A stretch of DNA of 52,974 nucleotides from Paracoccaceae bacterium (lineage in GTDB: Bacteria > Pseudomonadota > Alphaproteobacteria > Rhodobacterales > Rhodobacteraceae), in NCBI GenBank assembly GCA_027082975.1, contig JALWTH010000252.1, positions 1-52,974 on the forward strand, written 5' to 3'. The position numbers and the translations under genes were made by a program. Positions 39,142 to 50,171 of this stretch are shown here, piece after piece (position 1 is the first letter of the stretch; each line of letters opens with the position of its first letter). The notes under the pieces were generated by a model. That model did no database searches, was not told where the DNA came from, and worked only from the letters and a program-made list of their open reading frames with translations.

Positions 39142-41790
39142 GTGGGCAAGTCGAACGTCACGCCGATGATGGCGCAATATCTCGAGATCAAGGCAGGGCA
39201 CCCGGATGCCCTGCTTTTCTATCGCATGGGCGATTTCTACGAGATGTTCTTTGACGATGCGGTGGCGGCTGCCGAAGCGCTCGACATCGCCCTGACCAAG
39301 CGCGGCAAGCATATGGGTGAGGATATCCCCATGTGCGGGGTGCCGGTACATTCGGCCGAGAGCTACCTGCTCAAGCTGATCCGCAAGGGCTTCCGCGTCG
39401 CGGTCTGCGAGCAGATGGAAGACCCGAAAGAGGCGAGGAAACGCGGCTCCAAGGCCGTGGTGCGCCGTGAGGTGGTGCGGCTGGTCACGCCCGGCACGCT
39501 CACCGAGGAAAGCCTGCTGGATGCCCGGCGCAACAATTTCCTCGCCGCCTGGTGCGAGATACGCGGCGAGGGGGCATTGGCCTGGGCGGACATTTCCACC
39601 GGGATCTTGCGCGTCACCCCCTGCCCGCGCAGCCGGCTCGCACCCGAGCTTGCCCGATTGTGGCCGAGAGAATTACTGGTCTCGCAAACATCAGAGGCTG
39701 ATTTGCGTGAATTAGAGACTGATTTTTCCGTCTCTCTCACACCGCTTTCGCCCTCTGATTTCGACAGCACCGTGGCCGGAGGGCGCCTGCGCGAGCTTTA
39801 CAAGGTGGGCTCTCTGGAGGCTTTCGGCAGCTTCTCCCGCGCCGAAATCGGCGCACTCGGGGCGGTGATCGCCTATCTGGACCTGACCCAGAAGGGCAAA
39901 TTGCCGCTCCTGCGCCCCCCGCGTCGGGAAAGTGCCAGCGCATACATGCAGATCGACCAGGCCACACGGCGCAATCTGGAGCTGACCGAGAGCCTGCAGG
40001 GTGGGCGCGAAGGCTCGCTCCTGTCGGTGATCGACCGCACCGTGACCGCCGCCGGAGGGCGCCTGCTGGCCCGGCGCCTGGCCAGCCCTTCGCGCAGACT
40101 GGAGACTATTTCGGCAAGATTAGGGACTGTTTCGCACCTTGTTGACAATCCCACCCTGCGCACCGACCTGCGCGAGGCCCTGCGCCGGGTGCCGGATGTG
40201 GACCGCGCACTTTCTCGGCTTGGTCTGGACCGCGGCGGGCCGCGCGATCTCGCCGCGATTGGCAACGGTCTGCGCGCAGGGCGCGAAATCGCCGAAAGGC
40301 TTGGCGCTGAGACTGCGCCTGACACGCTGCGCGCGGCGGGGGACAGGCTGCAGGGCTTTGACGACCTCATGGACCTGCTCGCCCGCGCCCTGGTGGCCGA
40401 GCCGCCGCTGCTCGCCCGCGACGGCGGCTTCATCGCCCCGGGCTTCGACACGGAACTGGACGAGGCGCGAAGGCTGCGCGACGAGGGCCGTGGCGTGATC
40501 GCCGCCATGCAGGCCGAATATGCGCGGGAAACCGGGATCCAGAGCCTCAAGATCAAGCATAACAACGTGCTCGGCTATTTCATCGAGACCACCGCCACCC
40601 ACGCGAAGAAGATGCTCTCGCCGCCGCTCGGCGAGCGCTTCATCCACCGCCAGACCACCGCCAATGCAGTGCGTTTCACGACCGTGGAGCTTTCGGATCT
40701 GGAGACGCGCATCCTCAATGCCGGGGCGCGGGCGCTGGAGATCGAAAAGCGCCACTTCGAGGCCCTGCGCGCGCGCATCCTGGAGCGGGCGGGCGACATC
40801 GGCCTCGCTGCCGAGGCTCTGGCCGAGATCGACCTTTCCGCCGGCCTTGCCGAGCTTGCCGCGCAGGAGGATTGGTGCCGCCCGGTGGTGGACGACAGCC
40901 GTGCCCTGGAGATCGAGGGCGGGCGGCACCCGGTGGTCGAAGCGGCGCTGAAACGCGAGGGTGCGCCCTTTGTCGCCAATGACTGCACCCTGACCGGCCC
41001 GCCGGACAAGGCGGCGATATGGCTGCTGACCGGGCCGAACATGGCGGGCAAATCGACCTTTCTGCGGCAGAACGCGCTGATCGCGCTGCTGGCGCAGATG
41101 GGCAGCTTTGTCCCGGCCACGCGCGCCCATATCGGCCTCGTCTCGCAGCTTTTCAGCCGGGTCGGGGCCTCGGACGACCTGGCGCGGGGGCGCTCGACCT
41201 TCATGGTCGAGATGGTCGAGACCGCCGCCATCCTCAACCAGGCCGATAATCGCGCCCTGGTGATCCTCGATGAAATCGGCCGCGGCACCGCCACCTATGA
41301 CGGGCTCTCCATTGCCTGGGCGACGCTCGAGCACCTGCACGAGGCCAATGCCTGCCGGGCGCTCTTTGCCACCCATTACCACGAGCTTACCCAGCTTGCG
41401 AACACGCTCGAAGGTGTCGAGAACGCAACCGTGGCGGTAAAGGAGTGGGAAGGCGAGGTGATCTTCCTGCACGAAGTGCGCAAGGGCGCGGCGGACCGCT
41501 CCTATGGGGTGCAGGTGGCCCGCCTCGCCGGCCTGCCCGCAAGCGTGGTCGAGCGCGCCCGCCTGGTGCTGGCGGCGCTGGAAAAGGGCGAGCGCGAAAG
41601 CGGGCGGCAAAAGGCGCTGATCGACGACCTGCCGCTATTTGCCGCCACGCCCGCACCGCCGCCCCCAAGCCCGGGGAGGCGCTCGGAGGTGGAGGAGCGG
41701 CTGGGCGAAATCCACCCCGACGAACTGACGCCAAAACAGGCGCTGGATCTGCTCTATGAGCTCAAGGCGCTGCTCGCCGATCAGCCCTGA
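39142..41790 (+). CDS. mutS: DNA mismatch repair protein MutS
   Basis: [11 protein letters not shown]...FYRMGDFYE, Walker [10 protein letters not shown], and DEIGRGT. GTG start. The 3' end overlaps convergent grpE by 10 nt. Confidence 0.96.
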   Translation: MGKSNVTPMMAQYLEIKAGHPDALLFYRMGDFYEMFFDDAVAAAEALDIALTKRGKHMGEDIPMCGVPVHSAESYLLKLIRKGFRVAVCEQMEDPKEARKRGSKAVVRREVVRLVTPGTLTEESLLDARRNNFLAAWCEIRGEGALAWADISTGILRVTPCPRSRLAPELARLWPRELLVSQTSEADLRELETDFSVSLTPLSPSDFDSTVAGGRLRELYKVGSLEAFGSFSRAEIGALGAVIAYLDLTQKGKLPLLRPPRRESASAYMQIDQATRRNLELTESLQGGREGSLLSVIDRTVTAAGGRLLARRLASPSRRLETISARLGTVSHLVDNPTLRTDLREALRRVPDVDRALSRLGLDRGGPRDLAAIGNGLRAGREIAERLGAETAPDTLRAAGDRLQGFDDLMDLLARALVAEPPLLARDGGFIAPGFDTELDEARRLRDEGRGVIAAMQAEYARETGIQSLKIKHNNVLGYFIETTATHAKKMLSPPLGERFIHRQTTANAVRFTTVELSDLETRILNAGARALEIEKRHFEALRARILERAGDIGLAAEALAEIDLSAGLAELAAQEDWCRPVVDDSRALEIEGGRHPVVEAALKREGAPFVANDCTLTGPPDKAAIWLLTGPNMAGKSTFLRQNALIALLAQMGSFVPATRAHIGLVSQLFSRVGASDDLARGRSTFMVEMVETAAILNQADNRALVILDEIGRGTATYDGLSIAWATLEHLHEANACRALFATHYHELTQLANTLEGVENATVAVKEWEGEVIFLHEVRKGAADRSYGVQVARLAGLPASVVERARLVLAALEKGERESGRQKALIDDLPLFAATPAPPPPSPGRRSEVEERLGEIHPDELTPKQALDLLYELKALLADQP

Positions 41791-42377
41791 TCGTCTTTCG
41801 GTGTAGAAGAGACCCCCACCTGGGCCGGGCGCAGCAGCCGATCATGCAGCAGGAAGCCTTCGGCCATCACCTGGATGATGTCGCCGGCCTTGGTCCCCGG
41901 CATCGGCGCCTCGAACATGGCCTGATGATAATCCGGGTCGAACCTGTCGCCCACCTTGGGCGAGACCAGCGTGATACCGTGGCGGTCGAAGATATTGAGC
42001 AGCTCGCGCAGGGTCAGCTCGACCCCCTCCACGAGGGCCGCGCTTACCTTGCCCTTGTCCTCGCCGGCGGCCTCGAGAGCGCGCTTGAGATTGTCATAAA
42101 CCGGCAGCATGTCGCGGGCGAGCTTGCTGCCGCCGTATTTCTCCGCCTCGCGCCGGTCCTTTTCACCACGCTTGCGGGCATTTTCCGCATCGGCCAGCGC
42201 CCGCATGAAGCGGTCGCGCATCTCGTCAAGCTCCGCGCGCAGCCGTTCGGCTTCTGCCTCCGGGCCTGCCTCTTCGCCATGCTCATCGGCTTCGTCGGGA
42301 GCCCGGTCTTCGGCCATCAGCTCCTCGATTGCCGCTTCCACTTCGTCCTTGTTGATGTGCTTCTCGGTGTCGTTCAT
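41781..42377 (-). CDS. grpE: nucleotide exchange factor GrpE
   Basis: [12 protein letters not shown]...HQAM...V...GF...R..RPA.V is the GrpE pattern. Confidence 0.93.
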   Translation of the reverse strand: MNDTEKHINKDEVEAAIEELMAEDRAPDEADEHGEEAGPEAEAERLRAELDEMRDRFMRALADAENARKRGEKDRREAEKYGGSKLARDMLPVYDNLKRALEAAGEDKGKVSAALVEGVELTLRELLNIFDRHGITLVSPKVGDRFDPDYHQAMFEAPMPGTKAGDIIQVMAEGFLLHDRLLRPAQVGVSSTPKDDQG

Positions 42378-42386
42378 CTTCTGTCC

Positions 42387-43451
42387 TTATCCCCGGTCAG
42401 AGATCAGCTTTCCAACCAGCTCGGCGGTGTAGTTGACGATCGGCACGACGCGTCCGTAATTCAGCCGCGTCGGCCCGATCACCGCTACGGCGCCGATAAT
42501 CTTGCGTTCAGCGTTCATATAGGGAGAAACCACCAGAGAGCTACCCGAAAGCGAAAAAAGTTTGTTCTGGGAGCCGATGAAAATACGCACGCCCTCGCCT
42601 GCTTCCGTCAGATCGAGGAAGTGGGCAATGTCGCGCTTGCGCTCGAGGTCGTCAAACAGGCGGCGGATGCGCTCCAGCTCGGCCTCATCGGCGCCTTCGG
42701 TCAGCAGATTGGCCCGGCCGCGCACGATCAGCCGCTCCTGGCCGGTCGCGGCGCTATCCCACTGCGCCAACCCCTCTTCGACAAGCGAAGCCGCGAGGCT
42801 GTCAAGCTCCTGCTTGTGCCGGGTGATTTCCTCCTTCATGCGCGCCTTGAGTTCCCCTATGGTCAGGCCCTCGGCTATCGCATTGAGGTAATTGGCCGCC
42901 TCGCGCATGGAAGAAGGCGTCTGCCCAGGTGGCGGAGAGAACAGGCGGTTTTCCACATGTCCATCGGCAAAGACGAGCACCACAAGCGCCCGATCAGGGC
43001 TGAGCGAGACAAACTCGATATGGCGGATCGGGGCTTCATGCTTTGGCGTCAGCACCAGGCTGGCCCCGGAGGTTATGCCGGAGAGCACAGATCCCAGCCG
43101 GTCCATCATCGTCTCGACATTGGCGGCATTGGATGCAACCGTCCGGTCGATCTTTTCCCGATCCTCGCTGGTCAGATCATCGACCTCCAGCAGCGAATCG
43201 ACAAACAGGCGCAGGCCGGTCTCGGTCGGCACCCGCCCGGCCGAGACGTGCGGGCTGTCAAGGAGCCCCATGAATTCGAGATCCTGCATGACATTGCGCA
43301 CCGTCGCGGCGCTCACCTTTTCGCTCAGTCGTCGGCTGATGGTGCGCGAGCCCATCGGCGCGCCGGTTTCGAGGTAGCCTTCGACCAGCAGGCGAAACAC
43401 CTCGCGCGCGCGCGCATTCATGTCGTTGAGCAATTGAGCGCCGGTGTTCAT
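42387..43451 (-). CDS. hrcA: heat-inducible transcription repressor HrcA
   Basis: [30 protein letters not shown] is the wHTH region, and [20 protein letters not shown] is in the C-terminal region. ATG 43451 is preferred. Confidence 0.92.
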   Translation of the reverse strand: MNTGAQLLNDMNARAREVFRLLVEGYLETGAPMGSRTISRRLSEKVSAATVRNVMQDLEFMGLLDSPHVSAGRVPTETGLRLFVDSLLEVDDLTSEDREKIDRTVASNAANVETMMDRLGSVLSGITSGASLVLTPKHEAPIRHIEFVSLSPDRALVVLVFADGHVENRLFSPPPGQTPSSMREAANYLNAIAEGLTIGELKARMKEEITRHKQELDSLAASLVEEGLAQWDSAATGQERLIVRGRANLLTEGADEAELERIRRLFDDLERKRDIAHFLDLTEAGEGVRIFIGSQNKLFSLSGSSLVVSPYMNAERKIIGAVAVIGPTRLNYGRVVPIVNYTAELVGKLISDRG

Positions 43452-43516
43452 CTCATTCGCCTTGCCTTCGGGGCCGGAGCATGGGATTCCCTTCGAAACA
43501 GCGAAAGGACCAGACC

Positions 43517-44227
43517 ATGCGCCCTTCAGGACGTAAGATAGATGAAATGCGCGCGGTTTCAATCGAGACCGGCATTACCAAACACGCCGAGGGCGCCTGC
43601 ATGATCCGCATGGGCGACACCCATGTGCTGTGCACCGCCTCGGTCGAAGCGCGGGTACCGCCCTTTCTGCGCGGGTCGGGGCGGGGCTGGGTGACGGCCG
43701 AATACGGGATGCTGCCGCGCTCCACCAGCACCCGGATGCGGCGCGAGGCGGCGGCCGGCAAACAGGGCGGGCGCACGGTGGAGATCCAGCGCCTGATCGG
43801 CCGGTCCTTGCGTGCGGGCACAGACCTGCTGGCGCTGGGCGAGCGCCAGATCACCGTGGATTGCGACGTGATCCAGGCCGATGGCGGCACCCGCTGCGCC
43901 GCGATCACCGGCGGCTGGGTCGCCCTGCGTTTGGCGGTCAACAAGCTCTTGAAAGCCGGCGAAGTCACGACCGACCCGCTTTCCGAGCCGGTCAGCGCCA
44001 TTTCCTGCGGCATCTATGCCGGGCAGAATGTGCTGGACCTCGACTATGCCGAAGACAGCGAAGCGGGCGTGGACGGCAATTTCGTCATGACCGGCGGCAG
44101 GCTGATCGAGGTGCAGATGTCGGCCGAAGGCTCCACCTACACCCGCGCGCAGATGGAGGCGCTGATGGACTACGCCGAAAAGGGCTGCGCGGAACTCGCC
44201 GCACGGCAACTGGAAGCGGTGAGCTGA
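43517..44227 (+). CDS. rph: ribonuclease PH
   Basis: [12 protein letters not shown]...[15 protein letters not shown]...QADGGTR. Confidence 0.95.
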   Translation: MRPSGRKIDEMRAVSIETGITKHAEGACMIRMGDTHVLCTASVEARVPPFLRGSGRGWVTAEYGMLPRSTSTRMRREAAAGKQGGRTVEIQRLIGRSLRAGTDLLALGERQITVDCDVIQADGGTRCAAITGGWVALRLAVNKLLKAGEVTTDPLSEPVSAISCGIYAGQNVLDLDYAEDSEAGVDGNFVMTGGRLIEVQMSAEGSTYTRAQMEALMDYAEKGCAELAARQLEAVS

Positions 44228-44838
44228 TGCGACGCCTGACGGAGGGCAAACTGGTCATCGCCACGCATAATGCGGGCAAGTTGCGCGAGATCAGTGACTT
44301 GTTTGAGCCGTTCGGGGTCGAGGTCATCGGCGCCGCCGCGCTTGGCCTCGAAGCGCCGGAAGAGACCGAAGAGACCTTTGCCGGCAATGCCCGGATCAAG
44401 GCCCACTTCGCCGCCCGCGCCACCGGTCTGCCCGCGCTTTCGGATGACAGCGGCATCATGGTGGAGGCGCTCGGCGGCGCGCCCGGCGTCCATACCGCCG
44501 ACTGGGCCGAGACGCCGGACGGGCGTGATTTCGCCATGGCGATGCAAAGGGTCTGGGATCTGCTCGAAGAAAAGCAGGCCCCGGAGCCGCGCCGCGCCAC
44601 GTTCAACGCCACCCTCTGCCTCGCCTGGCCGGACGGGCATGATGCGCTTTTCGTCGGGCAGGTGCACGGGTGCATCGTCTGGCCCATGCGCGGCGAGCGG
44701 GGCTTCGGCTTCGACCCGATCTTTCAGCCCGACGGATACAGTGAAACCTTCGGCGAAATGGACCCGGCGGAGAAACACGCGATCAGCCATCGCGCCGAAG
44801 CCTTCGCCAAGCTGGTTGCAGGCTGCTTTGGCGGATGA
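44227..44838 (+). CDS. rdgB: dITP/XTP pyrophosphatase (RdgB/HAM1)
   Basis: [14 protein letters not shown]...[12 protein letters not shown]...SDDSG...GFGFDP...SHR. The ATG overlaps the rph stop by 1 nt. Confidence 0.92.
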   Translation: MRRLTEGKLVIATHNAGKLREISDLFEPFGVEVIGAAALGLEAPEETEETFAGNARIKAHFAARATGLPALSDDSGIMVEALGGAPGVHTADWAETPDGRDFAMAMQRVWDLLEEKQAPEPRRATFNATLCLAWPDGHDALFVGQVHGCIVWPMRGERGFGFDPIFQPDGYSETFGEMDPAEKHAISHRAEAFAKLVAGCFGG

Positions 44839-45982
44839 TTGGCAAAAGGGCGGATTCGGGCTCTATGTCCACTGGCCTTATTGTGTCTCTAAGTGCCCGT
44901 ATTGTGACTTCAACAGCCATGTCGCGCAAAACGTCGATCAGGACATCTGGCGCAGGGCTTACCTGTCCGCCCTCTCCCATTACGCCGCCCGGACCGGCGG
45001 GCGGCGGCTGCGCTCGATCTATTTCGGCGGCGGTACCCCCAGCCTGATGCGCCCGGACCTCGTGGGGGCAATCATCGACGCGGCACAGAGATACTGGATC
45101 TTTGACAATGACATCGAAATCACGCTTGAGGCCAATCCCGGCTCGGTGGAGGCAAAGCGCTTTGCCGGATACCGGCGCGCGGGAGTCAATCGTGTCTCGC
45201 TCGGTATCCAGGCGCTGAACGACACCGACCTGCGCAGGCTCGGGCGGATACACACGCTACGCGAAGCCCTGAACGCGCTGGAAATCGCACATGCAGAATT
45301 CGAACGCGTGAGCTTCGACCTCATCTATGCGAGGCAGGATCAGAGCCTGAGCGCCTGGGAAGCGGAACTGGCCCATGCGCTTGCGCTCGAGCCTGCGCAC
45401 CTGTCCCTCTACCAGCTAAGCATCGAACCGGAAACGGCCTTTGGCGCCCGCGCCCGCGCCGGGAAGCTCGGCGGCCTGCCGTCGGAAGAGCGCGCGGCAG
45501 ACATGTATGAAGTCACGGATTATCTTTGTAAAAACAAAGGGTTGATACGATATGAGGTGTCAAACCACGCGCTTCCGTCACAGGAATCCAGGCACAATCT
45601 GATCTATTGGCAGGCAGGCGACTACATCGGCATTGGCCCCGGCGCACATGGGCGGCTGAGCCTCGATGGGAAACGCTTCGCCACCGAGACACCTCTGGAC
45701 CCTGCAATCTGGCTGAAAAAGGCTCTGACAGGCACAGGCGAAAGCGCCCGCCTGCCCCTGGCCGGCGCCGAGCAGGCTACCGAATACCTGCTCATGGGCC
45801 TGCGCACCCGTGCCGGAATCTCGCTCAAGCGCCTGAAAGCCATGGGCGGTGCCCTGCCTGACCCAGATCCGCTGCATCGCCTCGAAGAGCTAGGCCTGTT
45901 GGAGCAGAAAGGCGGCAGCCTCAGGGTGACCGCACAGGGAATGCCGCTGCTGAATGCGATCCTGCGGGAACTGATAGCCTAG
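44828..45982 (+). CDS. hemW: radical SAM heme chaperone HemW (oxygen-independent coproporphyrinogen oxidase-like)
   Basis: [20 protein letters not shown] is the CxxxCxxC motif, and the architecture is HemN-like. There is no in-frame ATG, so I propose TTG 44828 (alternative TTG 44816). Confidence 0.86.
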   Translation: MADDWQKGGFGLYVHWPYCVSKCPYCDFNSHVAQNVDQDIWRRAYLSALSHYAARTGGRRLRSIYFGGGTPSLMRPDLVGAIIDAAQRYWIFDNDIEITLEANPGSVEAKRFAGYRRAGVNRVSLGIQALNDTDLRRLGRIHTLREALNALEIAHAEFERVSFDLIYARQDQSLSAWEAELAHALALEPAHLSLYQLSIEPETAFGARARAGKLGGLPSEERAADMYEVTDYLCKNKGLIRYEVSNHALPSQESRHNLIYWQAGDYIGIGPGAHGRLSLDGKRFATETPLDPAIWLKKALTGTGESARLPLAGAEQATEYLLMGLRTRAGISLKRLKAMGGALPDPDPLHRLEELGLLEQKGGSLRVTAQGMPLLNAILRELIA

Positions 45983-46875
45983 TTGCTCGGCTTGATCACC
46001 AGAGAAAGGCGTCGGCAAATCTCGTCCAGATCGTCAAAATCGCGGTAACTCACCATTACCTTGCCGGATGCGGCCCCGGGTTTGTGATCAATGCGCACCT
46101 TCATGCCCAGGGAGGCCTCCAGCTCCTTTTCCAGCCGGCGGGTATCGGCATCCTTTTCCGGCCTTGGCGCCGGTGCGCGCTGGGCCGCCGTGCCCTTTTT
46201 CGCGAGCTTTTCCGTCTCGCGCACGCTCAGACCCCGGGCAACGACCTGCCGCGCCAGCGCTTCCGGGTCTTCGGCGGTGATCAACGCCCGGGCATGACCG
46301 GCGGACAGCTTTTCTTCGCGCACCAGCGCCTGTACGCTCTCGGGCAACTTCAGCAGTCGCAACAGATTGGCGATATACGGGCGGCTCTTGCCCAATGCCT
46401 CGCCCAGTTTTTCCTGGGTATGCCCAAAGCGCTCCATCAGATCGCGATAGCCGGCAGCCTCTTCAATCGGGTTCAGATCGGCACGCTGGATATTCTCGAT
46501 AATCGCTATTTCCAGCGCTTCGGTATCGCTGTAATTGCGAATGATCGCCGGAACTTCGTGCAGTTGCGCAAGCTGCGCGGCCCGCCAGCGTCGCTCTCCG
46601 GCAACGATCTCGAATCCGCCTTCCTCGCGCGGATTGTCGCGCAGGATCAGGGGCTGGATGATCCCCTTTTCCCGGATCGACGCCGCCAGCTCCTCCAGAT
46701 CCTCCTGGCTGAAGCTGCGGCGGGGCTGATCGGGATTTGGGTAAATCTTGTCGATCGGGACCATCTGGTCAGGCTTTGCCGGTGCCTCCGCCGCCGTCTT
46801 GCCCTCATCTGCCATCACATCCGCCATCAGCGCAGACAGTCCGCGGCCAAGCCCCTTTTGCCTTTTTGCAGCCAT
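45979..46875 (-). CDS. parB: chromosome partitioning protein ParB
   Basis: GLGRGLSAL, IIQPLILR and GERRWRAA (ParB box), with an HTH and an AGGAG Shine-Dalgarno sequence. Confidence 0.95.
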   Translation of the reverse strand: MAAKRQKGLGRGLSALMADVMADEGKTAAEAPAKPDQMVPIDKIYPNPDQPRRSFSQEDLEELAASIREKGIIQPLILRDNPREEGGFEIVAGERRWRAAQLAQLHEVPAIIRNYSDTEALEIAIIENIQRADLNPIEEAAGYRDLMERFGHTQEKLGEALGKSRPYIANLLRLLKLPESVQALVREEKLSAGHARALITAEDPEALARQVVARGLSVRETEKLAKKGTAAQRAPAPRPEKDADTRRLEKELEASLGMKVRIDHKPGAASGKVMVSYRDFDDLDEICRRLSLVIKPSN

Positions 46876-46884
46876 TTCAGTCTC

Positions 46885-47679
46885 CTATACGGTGTTGAGC
46901 ACTTCCTGCGCCAGGGCCCTATAGGCCTCGCTCCCCCTTGATGCCGGATCGTAGCTGAGCACCGGAAGCGCATGAGACGGCGCCTCGCTGACCCGTACAT
47001 TGCGCGGGATGACCGACTTGTACACCAGTTGGCCCAGATATTCGCGCGCATCTGCCTCTACCTGGCGGGAAAGGTTGTTGCGCTTGTCATACATGGTGAG
47101 CACGACACCGGCGATGCGCAGATCCGGGTTGGCGGTCTGGCGCACCTCGCGAATGGTCAGCATCAGCTGCGAAAGCCCCTCGAGCGCAAAGAACTCGCTC
47201 TGCAGCGGCACGAGGACCGAATGCGCGGCCACCATGGCATTGACCGTAAGGAGATTCAGCGAGGGCGGGCAGTCGATCAGTATATAGTCCAGCCCGAAAG
47301 CATCCACCGACACCTGGCGCAGGGCATCATGCAGCAAAAAACTGCGCTTTTCATTGGAAACGAGCTCGATATCGGCCGAAGAAAGATCTGTTGTGGCCGG
47401 AGCGATCAGCAGGTTTTCAATCCCGGTTTCCTGTATGACCTCGGACAGGGGCGCATCATCCAGCAGCAGATCATAGGTGGTCATCCGGCGTGATTCCGGG
47501 TCGATGCCCAGCCCGGTGGATGCGTTTCCCTGTGGGTCCAGGTCGACCAGAAGCACACGTCTGCCCGCCTCGGCAAGCGCCGCGCCCAGATTGATCGTCG
47601 TTGTCGTCTTGCCGACCCCGCCTTTCTGGTTCGTGATTGCGATTATCTTCGGGCCTGCCGGCCGGCTCGGATCATGCAC
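46885..47679 (-). CDS. parA: chromosome partitioning ATPase ParA (Soj)
   Basis: IIAITNQKGGVGKTTTTINLG is a deviant Walker A. GTG 47679 is preceded by GGAGG and overlaps the rsmG 3' end by 8 nt. Confidence 0.93.
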   Translation of the reverse strand: MHDPSRPAGPKIIAITNQKGGVGKTTTTINLGAALAEAGRRVLLVDLDPQGNASTGLGIDPESRRMTTYDLLLDDAPLSEVIQETGIENLLIAPATTDLSSADIELVSNEKRSFLLHDALRQVSVDAFGLDYILIDCPPSLNLLTVNAMVAAHSVLVPLQSEFFALEGLSQLMLTIREVRQTANPDLRIAGVVLTMYDKRNNLSRQVEADAREYLGQLVYKSVIPRNVRVSEAPSHALPVLSYDPASRGSEAYRALAQEVLNTV

Positions 47680-48295
47680 GCCGGATACCTCCAAGGATGA
47701 GAATTGCACCGCTCTCGTCTGTCTTGCTCGGAACCGTTTCGATGTCAAACACCCATTCTCCCCTCGCTTGCTCGATCTCTCCCAAATACCCGGAGCCTTT
47801 GGGAAAAATGGCCTTTCCATCGGATTTCAGATGCCGCCTTGCGTATGAGAGCAAATCCGCAAGGGGTGCAAGCGCGCGCGCGGACACGATGTCGGCCTCA
47901 AGCGGGGCGGTTTCTTCGATCCTGTTTGCAATGACCGGGACAGGCAAGCCAAGCTCACGGCTCACCGTGCGCAGGAAGGCTGCTTTGCGCTGATCGCTTT
48001 CCAGGCAAATGACCGAAAGCCGCGGGTTGACCTCTGCTGCCAGGATCGCAATGACAATGCCGGGCAGACCGGCGCCGGAGCCAAGATCGGCCCACCTCCT
48101 GGCGCCTTTCGGACAATACGAGATTATCTGGGCCGAATCGAGTATGTGCCGCTCCCACAAGATCGGGATCGTATTCCGGCTGACGAGATTGATGGTCCCG
48201 TTCCACTTTTTCAACAACGCAGCATAGGCCTCCAGGCGCTCGATTGTTTCACGTGAAACACCAAGCTCCACCCTGAGCCGATCCTGGACCCTCAT
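47672..48295 (-). CDS. rsmG: 16S rRNA (guanine527-N7)-methyltransferase
   Basis: VSRETIERL...WN..INLVS...[11 protein letters not shown]. The ATG overlaps the mnmG stop (ATGA). Confidence 0.92.
   Translation of the reverse strand: MRVQDRLRVELGVSRETIERLEAYAALLKKWNGTINLVSRNTIPILWERHILDSAQIISYCPKGARRWADLGSGAGLPGIVIAILAAEVNPRLSVICLESDQRKAAFLRTVSRELGLPVPVIANRIEETAPLEADIVSARALAPLADLLSYARRHLKSDGKAIFPKGSGYLGEIEQARGEWVFDIETVPSKTDESGAILILGGIRRA
48245..48260. promoter_or_regulatory. parS centromere-like site (perfect 16-bp palindrome TGTTTCACGTGAAACA)
   Basis: Exact match to the widely conserved parS consensus tGTTNCACGTGAAACa. It lies inside the rsmG 5' coding region, where it is read as V-S-R-E-T. 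Confidence 0.85.
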
Positions 48296-50160
48296 CCTGT
48301 CCGTTTCCTTTGCTCGGCCCTGATCTTGCCGAGAATCAAGGTCAGTGCTGCCGGCGTCACCCCCTCAATGCGCCCCGCCTGCCCCAACGTCTCAGGCCGG
48401 ACCCGTTCGAGCTTCTCGGCAATCTCGTTTGACAGTCCGGGCATCCCCCGAAAGCGGAAATCTGCCGGAATGCGCAGCGCCTCATCTTTTTCCAGTGCGA
48501 GGATGTCCTCCCTCTGGCGCTTGATGTAATTCGCATACAGGGCGTCTTTGCCGACTTGTTCCTGTATCTGCTGTGGTACCCTCTCGAACTCCGGCACCAG
48601 GGTCTGGATGCTGCTCAGGGTAACCCCGGGGATAGCCAGAAGCTGGTAGGCGCTGCGCCTGGTTCCGTCCAGCCGGACATTGATCCCGACACCGCGCAGC
48701 TCTTGTGGGGAAAACATCTGGCTCTTCAGCAGGGTTTCGGCTTTTTCGAGAGCCTCGCGCTTCTTTTCGAAAATCCTGACCCTTGCTTCACCAACACAGC
48801 CAATTTCGACACCAAAAGGTGTCAGCCGCTGATCCGCATTGTCCGCGCGAAGCGAAAGCCGGAATTCCGCACGGGAGGTGAACATCCGGTACGGCTCAGT
48901 CACACCTCGCGTCGTCAGATCGTCTATCATCACGCCGATATAAGAACTCCTCCGCGAAAATGTCACGGGCTCGCGCTCCAGAGCTTTCATCGCGGCATTC
49001 AGGCCGGCGACAAGCCCTTGCGCCGCGGCTTCTTCATATCCGGTCGTGCCGTTGATTTGCCCGGCAAGGAAAAGGTTGGGAATCGTTCTCACCTCAAGCG
49101 TGCTGGCAAGCACCCGAGGGTCAATATAGTCGTACTCGATCGCATAGCCGGGCTGCAGGATCCTGGCCTTTTCAAGCCCGACCATGCTGTGCACATATTC
49201 TTCCTGGATGTCGGCAGGCAACGAGGTAGAAATGCCGTTTGGATAAACCGTATCGGTATCGAGTCCTTCCGGCTCGAGAAAAACCTGATGTGAATCCTTG
49301 TCGGCAAACCGGGTTATCTTGTCCTCGATCGAAGGGCAGTAGCGCGGGCCGACTCCCTCGATCATCCCCCCATACATGGCGGAGGCGCTGAGATTCTTGC
49401 GAATGATATCGTGGGTTTTCGGATTCGTGTGGGTGATTCCGCAGGATACCTGCCGCAGCGCCGGTTTGCGCGAGAGAAAGGAAAACATTTCCGGCCTGTC
49501 ATCGCCTGGCTGACGATCCAGTCTTTCCCAGTCGATACTGCGCCCATCAAGCCGTGGGGGTGTGCCGGTTTTCAACCGCCCCTGGGGCAGGCCAAAAGCA
49601 TCGAGCGCCCGGGCCAGCTCAACTGAGGGGCGGTCACCCATCCTCCCCCCCTCACGCTGCTCGTGACCGACATGAATGACCCCACGCAGAAAGGTGCCCG
49701 CCGTCAGCACCGTGCTACGGGCGGATATTTTCGAATCATCCGCGAGCACGACCCCGGCAATCTTGCCATGGTCTTCCAGGAAACGAGCGGCCTCGCCTTC
49801 GATGATCGTCAAAAGCGGTGCTTTCTCAGCCACGGCCAGCGCTGCCTTGCGATATGCCTGCCGGTCGGATTGTGCGCGTGGGCCCTGCACTGCCGGCCCC
49901 TTGCGGCGGTTCAACAGGCGAAACTGGATGCCTGCCGCATCCGCCAGGAGCCCCATTGCTCCATCCAGCGCGTCGATCTCCCGCACCAGATGCCCCTTGC
50001 CCAGCCCGCCAATCGCCGGATTGCAAGACATCACCCCGATATCCTCCTTGCGCAGGGTTACCAAGGCGGTTCGTGCACCGATACGGGTGGCCGCCAGCGC
50101 CGCCTCGAGGCCGGCATGACCGCCGCCAATCACGACAACGTCGAAATCGGGATGTTTCAC
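48292..50160 (-). CDS. mnmG: tRNA uridine 5-carboxymethylaminomethyl modification enzyme MnmG (GidA)
   Basis: [16 protein letters not shown]...[15 protein letters not shown] 50160 sits 8 nt after GGAG, and the longer track start at 50187 overlaps mnmE. Confidence 0.95.
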   Translation of the reverse strand: MKHPDFDVVVIGGGHAGLEAALAATRIGARTALVTLRKEDIGVMSCNPAIGGLGKGHLVREIDALDGAMGLLADAAGIQFRLLNRRKGPAVQGPRAQSDRQAYRKAALAVAEKAPLLTIIEGEAARFLEDHGKIAGVVLADDSKISARSTVLTAGTFLRGVIHVGHEQREGGRMGDRPSVELARALDAFGLPQGRLKTGTPPRLDGRSIDWERLDRQPGDDRPEMFSFLSRKPALRQVSCGITHTNPKTHDIIRKNLSASAMYGGMIEGVGPRYCPSIEDKITRFADKDSHQVFLEPEGLDTDTVYPNGISTSLPADIQEEYVHSMVGLEKARILQPGYAIEYDYIDPRVLASTLEVRTIPNLFLAGQINGTTGYEEAAAQGLVAGLNAAMKALEREPVTFSRRSSYIGVMIDDLTTRGVTEPYRMFTSRAEFRLSLRADNADQRLTPFGVEIGCVGEARVRIFEKKREALEKAETLLKSQMFSPQELRGVGINVRLDGTRRSAYQLLAIPGVTLSSIQTLVPEFERVPQQIQEQVGKDALYANYIKRQREDILALEKDEALRIPADFRFRGMPGLSNEIAEKLERVRPETLGQAGRIEGVTPAALTLILGKIRAEQRKRTG

Positions 50161-50168
50161 GTGAAACA
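50153..50168. promoter_or_regulatory. parS centromere-like site (second perfect TGTTTCACGTGAAACA)
   Basis: Identical 16-mer. It spans the proposed RBS-to-start-codon interval of mnmG. Confidence 0.85.
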
Positions 50169-50171
50169 CTC

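Noticed and set aside
40120-41610. 496-aa ORF antisense to mutS. The same reasoning covers 41844-43541 (antisense to grpE/hrcA), 49818-51497 (antisense to mnmG/mnmE), 51607-52848 (antisense to rho), 5335-6555 (antisense to ccrM), 10921-12453 and 13073-14185.
   Set aside because: All lie opposite well-supported genes and lack motifs and RBS context, so they are high-GC antisense artefacts.
43452-43516. Searched for a CIRCE element (TTAGCACTC-N9-GAGTGCTAA) upstream of hrcA-grpE, and at 22026-22215 upstream of dnaK
   Set aside because: No match at either place. A weak CTTT-N18-CCCATGCT, sigma-32-like, is present upstream of hrcA, but it is too degenerate to call.
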